Origin: an uncultured Gammaproteobacteria bacterium
GTDB taxonomy: Bacteria > Patescibacteriota > Patescibacteriia > Magasanikbacterales > GWA2-37-8
Reading direction: 5' to 3'
DNA: 64,000 bases
Assembly (NCBI GenBank): GCA_964641245.1
Contig: CAZXML010000001.1
Coordinates: forward strand, 229,460 to 293,459
Both the position numbers and the translations under genes were made by a program. The notes under the pieces were generated by a model. The model did no database searches and had not been told where the DNA came from. It saw nothing but the letters and a program-made list of their open reading frames with translations. Below, in pieces: positions 60,101 to 64,000 of this stretch; position 1 is the first letter of the stretch; each line of letters opens with the position of its first letter.

Positions 60101-60694
60101 ATTTAAATTTAATTTCCCGTCTCCGCAAACACCGGATTCCATTGTGGAAATTTCCTCATTATAATTACAGACACCGCTACTGTCGCTGATTTTAAAAATG
60201 GTGGTGCTAATAAAACTGGCCACAAAACTTTCGTCATTTGCCGGTGAAATTCCGTCATCTTCAAATTTGGCGCGCACAGTATAAACTCCGGGCGTGGTGG
60301 AAACTATATACCGGTAGGCGTAAGAATCTTTGGAGCAGGCAAAACTGAAGCGTCTATTCGCAACGCTCCAGCCGGTTTCCGGACTGTGCAGAACGCAGGT
60401 TTCATTAGCCGCGGTATCCGGCGGTTTGCAATCATTATCACTTAAACAAAACCGATTAGTGCTAATAACGCAGGTACCCGCCGGGGACAGTTGATTTATC
60501 GGGTCGGTAGGGAAAGCGACACCCGCGGCATTCCCTAATAATGACCATGATGGCCAGACACTTAAAGTCTGTCCGGTTAAATAGGTTCCTTCTTTTAGGG
60601 TGGGAGCGGTGGCGGCTACAACTTTTTGGTATACAAAAAAACTAAGTGTCGCCACCATTACCAAAGAAAGAAAAATTAATTTTTTTGTTTTCAT
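57143..60694 (-). CDS. Large secreted protein: half pilin-like domain, Cys-rich CG(D/N)G..E.CD repeats, LamG domain, C-terminal FN3
   Basis: Signal peptide MKTKKLIF (start 60694, 6 nt after TATAAT); LamG TVEAWI..WTHVVGT..LDEVKIYNRALS; FN3 APQNL..W.AP..YRYKVTAVN. Confidence 0.88.
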   Translation of the reverse strand: MKTKKLIFLSLVMVATLSFFVYQKVVAATAPTLKEGTYLTGQTLSVWPSWSLLGNAAGVAFPTDPINQLSPAGTCVISTNRFCLSDNDCKPPDTAANETCVLHSPETGWSVANRRFSFACSKDSYAYRYIVSTTPGVYTVRAKFEDDGISPANDESFVASFISTTIFKISDSSGVCNYNEEISTMESGVCGDGKLNLNKGEQCDPPGRIEYEAGCSSAVPPLKNLKVCNSSCKWGPPSTTLCSKFSHCGNGALEAGETCDDGTFLNGKYNHCNISCTGPVDSPTPGRCGDGHLQEAYEVCDPVTPGVEKYSLISRNNSCSWDCQNWGPYCGDSIIQTQYGETCDGSQTCSVDGNPGTKVCGSNCLKKDRDAVAWWRFENDLVGVYRTDDSSVNGNNAICDNKARACPVVGTGKYGHGFEFGSSFGRRYLIAKSSPSFSLVATSSLTVEAWIYPTEDERALYPYQRIVEKEGPFGFRSYDLEFNASTTLHNIRFNLWNNNLQTAVVDSNSSIATNTWTHVVGTYSRNGNSHITKIYVNGVLENTNTVSSDTAIMAVGTGDLVIGKSAPVGSGNYFFGSLDEVKIYNRALSASEVQNNYQSGWFCAATSTLTPVLPVGSCGNNIVDAGETCDQGLVNNGHVCTPAYGKPCSYCSSDCQNTIDVQPGQYCGDGVIQSPEKCEVFEENIFSSASTTGRTEVLKTPGRNGYQELACSAESKDPRTIKKGAKSCADCSVGVVRNCVTCGVVSDGVEVHGNVVNVLENALWDSFSGTGLTPDPLFAKKITGGGSLGLAIGSNTFASLVGLDIKNDTSMDFMSYTLRKPDNLGSRDVTFDYMKAIIASDPICSADANPEKKYQMYVNYDWARPLNFRVVAEPQPWQYDLVLSPVISSTLRAHDLRIVTSWVGSGDFYSGVLNPFIVNPEIEGPSYCYLNVCEASQKNYATGINYYSTPNSEAYGIWYHGFTATPGQTDSEAFTIDTSAMSGNTYAFYVRSPSYPIRTFKNTVKLKVEIYLPDTDTNPYHFGTPAKTYFFQSASPSDNQNARYWQVFNINKPATTLSLHDIIDVNAIITDPEHFQYVTLTPALSAPQNLVVTGVGSGSVQMAWNAPASNGGSAITSYKVYRKTYLFFDFYSLVYTTLNGSSTSFNNTGLTNGTRYRYKVTAVNANGESAASNEVEAVPNREI

Positions 60695-60722
60695 ACAACT
60701 ATTATACCACAAAGTATTACAT

Positions 60723-60843
60723 TGTCATCCCGAGCGAGTGGTTGTCATCCTGAATGTAATGAAGGATCTCTGTCTCAATCGCCGAACGGACAGAGATTCT
60801 TCGCTTCACTCAGAATGACAAGTGGTGTGCGGTCAGAATGACA
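60723..60843. repeat. Nested family-A elements between the two giant genes
   Basis: Outer TGTCATCC...CAGAATGACA encloses a complete inner element at 60743-60820. Confidence 0.9.
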
Positions 60844-60866
60844 AACAATAAAACAGAACGGCAGGT

Positions 60867-63800
60867 CTAATACCCGAGCAAATTTTGAATAATATTCAAA
60901 TCACGAAGTCTTCGGTAGTTTCTCTTCAACTTATCTATCTGAACAGAGCAAACTTCGGCGCTGGAACAATCTAAGTCTGTTTGACAGGTGGTGGATGCGC
61001 CGGGGTTGGCCATATCCGCTCCGCAATAACCGTAATTGGTTAAATTGGTGTTAAAGCGCAGGTTGCCGATAATTTGTTCAAATACTTTTTTGGTACTGGC
61101 TTGGGCGTTGGCGTTTATGCTGAATAAATAAATATTGGAATAAAGATTGCCGGCAACAGGCGGAACAGCGGTGGAAAAATTAATATTGAGAGCATCCACA
61201 TAAATATTATTGCCGTCTGTAAGCGCGTCGTATCCGTCTATTTTTGTGGTTTGCATTGCGCCTAGGAATCCCTGCCCGCCCAAAGCGCGATCGGTGGCAA
61301 ACCATTGCGATACGGTTAGGTGCATGGGGTTGGAGAAAACAGCCATACCGATAGCGTCGTTATTGGTGGCGCTGGTGAAAATAAATCGTTTTAAACTTGT
61401 GGTTGGAGTATCACCAACAATGGCGCCGGAAACCTGAACGGCCGGACGCAAATACGGTAAATCATCGGCTGTGCCAAAACCGCCGGCGTCCGCGCAATAA
61501 TAAGACCGGAAATTAAAGTAGCCGCCGCTTGGGGAAGGCGGTATAGAAGTGTTATCAAAAGCTCCGGCGGCTAAATTAAAGCCATCATTGTTTCCAACTT
61601 TATCTTCATAAGGAAAAATAATATAAGGACCAAGACCACCTAAAAATAAATCCTTTGGCGGCCAAGGGTTTTCACATAAAAATACAATGGCATGAGATTT
61701 ACCGGTGGCCACGGCGCCGAATTGGCCGGAATAAATATTATCGGTAATGACAGCCGAAGCGCGCACATCAATTTCACCATTGCGGTTTTGGGCGGAGATT
61801 GTATTTTTGGAAGAAGTGCTAATTTCCAAATTGACATAAGGGTTGCCGGCCGGTTGCCATAAATATTTCCAATCGTAATAACCCGGTATCGGTTGAACTT
61901 GCGCGTTATTAACATTATAAGCGTGAGCAATTAAAGTGCTGGTGGCGCCAACTTTGTTTAAATAAACTTGGGTCGGCTCTACGGCCACATGATCTATTTC
62001 ACACATTTTTGATCCGGTAATAAATTTCCAGCTGAACGGTTTACCGTTTGATTTTTTACCGATACTAATCCCCTGCTTACTGCGCAAACCGTCTTTTAAG
62101 GCCACAAAATAATCCGTGTCAAAAGCAAGCGGTTTGCTTAATTTAAAAGTAATTTTGCTTAAGGTACTGCTGGTGGTAATGATATCCGCCTGTCCCAAAT
62201 CTTCTCCGGCGCACCATTTTGCCGATTGAATTTCGGTACGCACCGCGGCCGCATTCTGGCCGATTAAATTTTTGAAGAAATCAACCACGGCCACAATTAT
62301 TTTTTTGTACCACGGTAAGTTATTATAATCGGAACCGGAAACAGCGGAAACTAAATCGGTAACTTCTTCGGTGCCGGTACAACTGGAAGTAGCGCCAATA
62401 CCGCGCGCCACAACCAAATTATTATTTAAACTGGAAAGACTGATCTCCTGATCAAAAGTGGCTTCGATGCTTGTGTTTGGACAAACATTTGATTGATTGG
62501 TGCTGGTATTGCCCGGGTAAACGCTTAATAATTTTGGCCGGACATAACAACAACCGTTGGTTGCTACTCCCCAATCACTACCCATATGCGCCTGACATTC
62601 GGCATCAGTTTTATATCCGCAGGCAATAGTAAATTGGCCCTTATCGCCCACTGCTCCGCCCACGGTTGACGAGGTGGTGTTGGCGCTGATATCTGTTTTC
62701 TGGGCCGGTGGAACTCCGGTGGCTACTCCTAAACCAACACCGGTCACCAAAGCCCACGGATTATTTCCCGAGTGTGAGTCGGGTAAAAGTGTTTCACAGA
62801 ATGCGTCCTCACCAATTCCGGCTACGCCGTCTCCGCATAATGACGGCGGTGTATATAGAAGCGAGGAACCTAAATTCTGACGGTTTACATCACAACCATC
62901 GGCACCGGCCACACATTCTGAATGAGTGCTGGTATTAATCAAACAAAAATCATTACACCAATCCGCTTTTAATCCACCACCTAAATCACAACCAACATCT
63001 TCATCCAAACTGACTTCTCCGTCTCCGCAACGGCTGATGGCGTTTCTACACGCGGAATTAAAATCAGCCTGAACAAAACCGCCGTAAGGAGCGGCATCAT
63101 TATCGGAACACCATTTAGCGGATAATTTTGTGCCTTTATGCAGACAAGTTTCCGAACAGCGCAAGGCTGAATTTGAAATTGTTGATGAGGAAGAAATTCC
63201 CGTGTCACAATCTTCACCGCTGCCAACGGAACCGTTACCGCAAATAGAGGCGCCGGTGGCGGTTGCGCCCGTAGAACGCGATGAACCGGTATGTAAACAA
63301 TTACTACCGCAACCAACTGCCGAAGTAATAAGTCCGGGGTCGCAGGTTTCTCCCAAGTCGGGCTCAATTATTCCGTTACCGCAAGTAGTTGTATTTGTGT
63401 TTCCCAAACGGCGGCAATCCAAACTGCAACCAGATAGTTTGTTTGGCGTATCGCAATCTTCACCGGCTTCTATTTTATTATTGCCACAAACCGGCACACC
63501 CACGGTAAAGCTGGCCGGAATCGTACTGCCCTTTCGCACACAACCCAAGGTGCAATAAGGATTATTTCCTACGGTGCTAAATGTTTTTACATCGGCCACT
63601 AATGGCGAGGAAGAATCCCAGTTCCAGCTTACGGTCCACGGATTTAATTTTTGGCCTTGAGCGCTACAGGTATCCGGTGAAGAATAAGGCTGGGCGCTAA
63701 ATAATTCTTTGTCGTTGATAAATTCGGCAAAATAATTTTGCGGAACAACATCTACCCGGCTAATTTTACATTTTTCTTTTTTAGTTTTGAAACGCCAGGT

Positions 63801-64000
63801 GAATTGTTTGTTGTAAGGTTTGGAATGAGTGGAGGGGTCTCCTAATACGGCCGCAGACCACAATAATTCCGGCGAACTTACATCGGTAGTGGTAACAGAT
63901 AATATCACTTGATAAATTGTATCCGGCTGTAATTCTACCGAAGCGCCGTTGGAATTGGCAATTTTTAAAATTCTAAAATCGGAACCGTCATCTAAAAATA
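60867..64000 (-). CDS. Giant Cys-rich surface protein (Ig-like domains plus CG(N/D)G..E.CD repeats), 5' end beyond window
   Basis: Frame stays open to 64000 by my translation; repeated CGNG...GEDCD; Big_5-like segments; ends with pilin-like helix KLKRNYRRLRDL. Confidence 0.88.
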   Translation of the reverse strand, partial: FLDDGSDFRILKIANSNGASVELQPDTIYQVILSVTTTDVSSPELLWSAAVLGDPSTHSKPYNKQFTWRFKTKKEKCKISRVDVVPQNYFAEFINDKELFSAQPYSSPDTCSAQGQKLNPWTVSWNWDSSSPLVADVKTFSTVGNNPYCTLGCVRKGSTIPASFTVGVPVCGNNKIEAGEDCDTPNKLSGCSLDCRRLGNTNTTTCGNGIIEPDLGETCDPGLITSAVGCGSNCLHTGSSRSTGATATGASICGNGSVGSGEDCDTGISSSSTISNSALRCSETCLHKGTKLSAKWCSDNDAAPYGGFVQADFNSACRNAISRCGDGEVSLDEDVGCDLGGGLKADWCNDFCLINTSTHSECVAGADGCDVNRQNLGSSLLYTPPSLCGDGVAGIGEDAFCETLLPDSHSGNNPWALVTGVGLGVATGVPPAQKTDISANTTSSTVGGAVGDKGQFTIACGYKTDAECQAHMGSDWGVATNGCCYVRPKLLSVYPGNTSTNQSNVCPNTSIEATFDQEISLSSLNNNLVVARGIGATSSCTGTEEVTDLVSAVSGSDYNNLPWYKKIIVAVVDFFKNLIGQNAAAVRTEIQSAKWCAGEDLGQADIITTSSTLSKITFKLSKPLAFDTDYFVALKDGLRSKQGISIGKKSNGKPFSWKFITGSKMCEIDHVAVEPTQVYLNKVGATSTLIAHAYNVNNAQVQPIPGYYDWKYLWQPAGNPYVNLEISTSSKNTISAQNRNGEIDVRASAVITDNIYSGQFGAVATGKSHAIVFLCENPWPPKDLFLGGLGPYIIFPYEDKVGNNDGFNLAAGAFDNTSIPPSPSGGYFNFRSYYCADAGGFGTADDLPYLRPAVQVSGAIVGDTPTTSLKRFIFTSATNNDAIGMAVFSNPMHLTVSQWFATDRALGGQGFLGAMQTTKIDGYDALTDGNNIYVDALNINFSTAVPPVAGNLYSNIYLFSINANAQASTKKVFEQIIGNLRFNTNLTNYGYCGADMANPGASTTCQTDLDCSSAEVCSVQIDKLKRNYRRLRDLNIIQNLLGY

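Noticed and set aside
11424-60843. Family-A repeats as a CRISPR array
   Set aside because: Copies are dispersed singly, are long palindromes without regular spacers, and no cas genes are present.

Overview
64 kb of an AT-rich, genetic-code-11 bacterial chromosome. Gene content and style suggest a Patescibacteria/CPR organism of the Parcubacteria/ABY1 type, possibly Magasanikbacteria; this is inferred from type IV pilus genes, a VirD4-like ATPase, a MurE lacking its N-terminal domain, giant Cys-rich surface proteins and a scarcity of SD sequences. Most of the window is housekeeping: ppsA, ligA, pilD/pilin/pilM, cysS, corA, dnaX, folD, secDF, ftsEX, metK (with a SAM-I riboswitch), prsA, murE, glyA, pyk, nrdR, ftsZA, dgkA and ybeY. 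There are also four tRNAs, one intact IS481-family element plus a second left-end remnant, and a surface-protein cluster at the right end. Main observations: (1) an Elp3 gene sits head-to-head with a Trm9/ALKBH8-like methyltransferase, which suggests a eukaryote/archaea-style mcm5U34 tRNA pathway in a bacterium, with a translin/TRAX-like RNase gene nearby. (2) Several families of short palindromic or tandem repeats fill intergenic space and have also entered essential genes in frame (ligA, pilM, dnaX, murE, elp3, ppsA); in dnaX the insert carries an A9 run with immediate stops in both shifted frames. (3) A pilin-like domain appears split between two giant surface-protein genes exactly at a repeat insertion. 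(4) SecD contains an inserted parvulin domain. (5) An orphan MqsA-like HTH protein is followed by a promoter with MqsA-type palindromes that drives a short structured transcript. All family calls come from motif recognition by eye; no searches were run.
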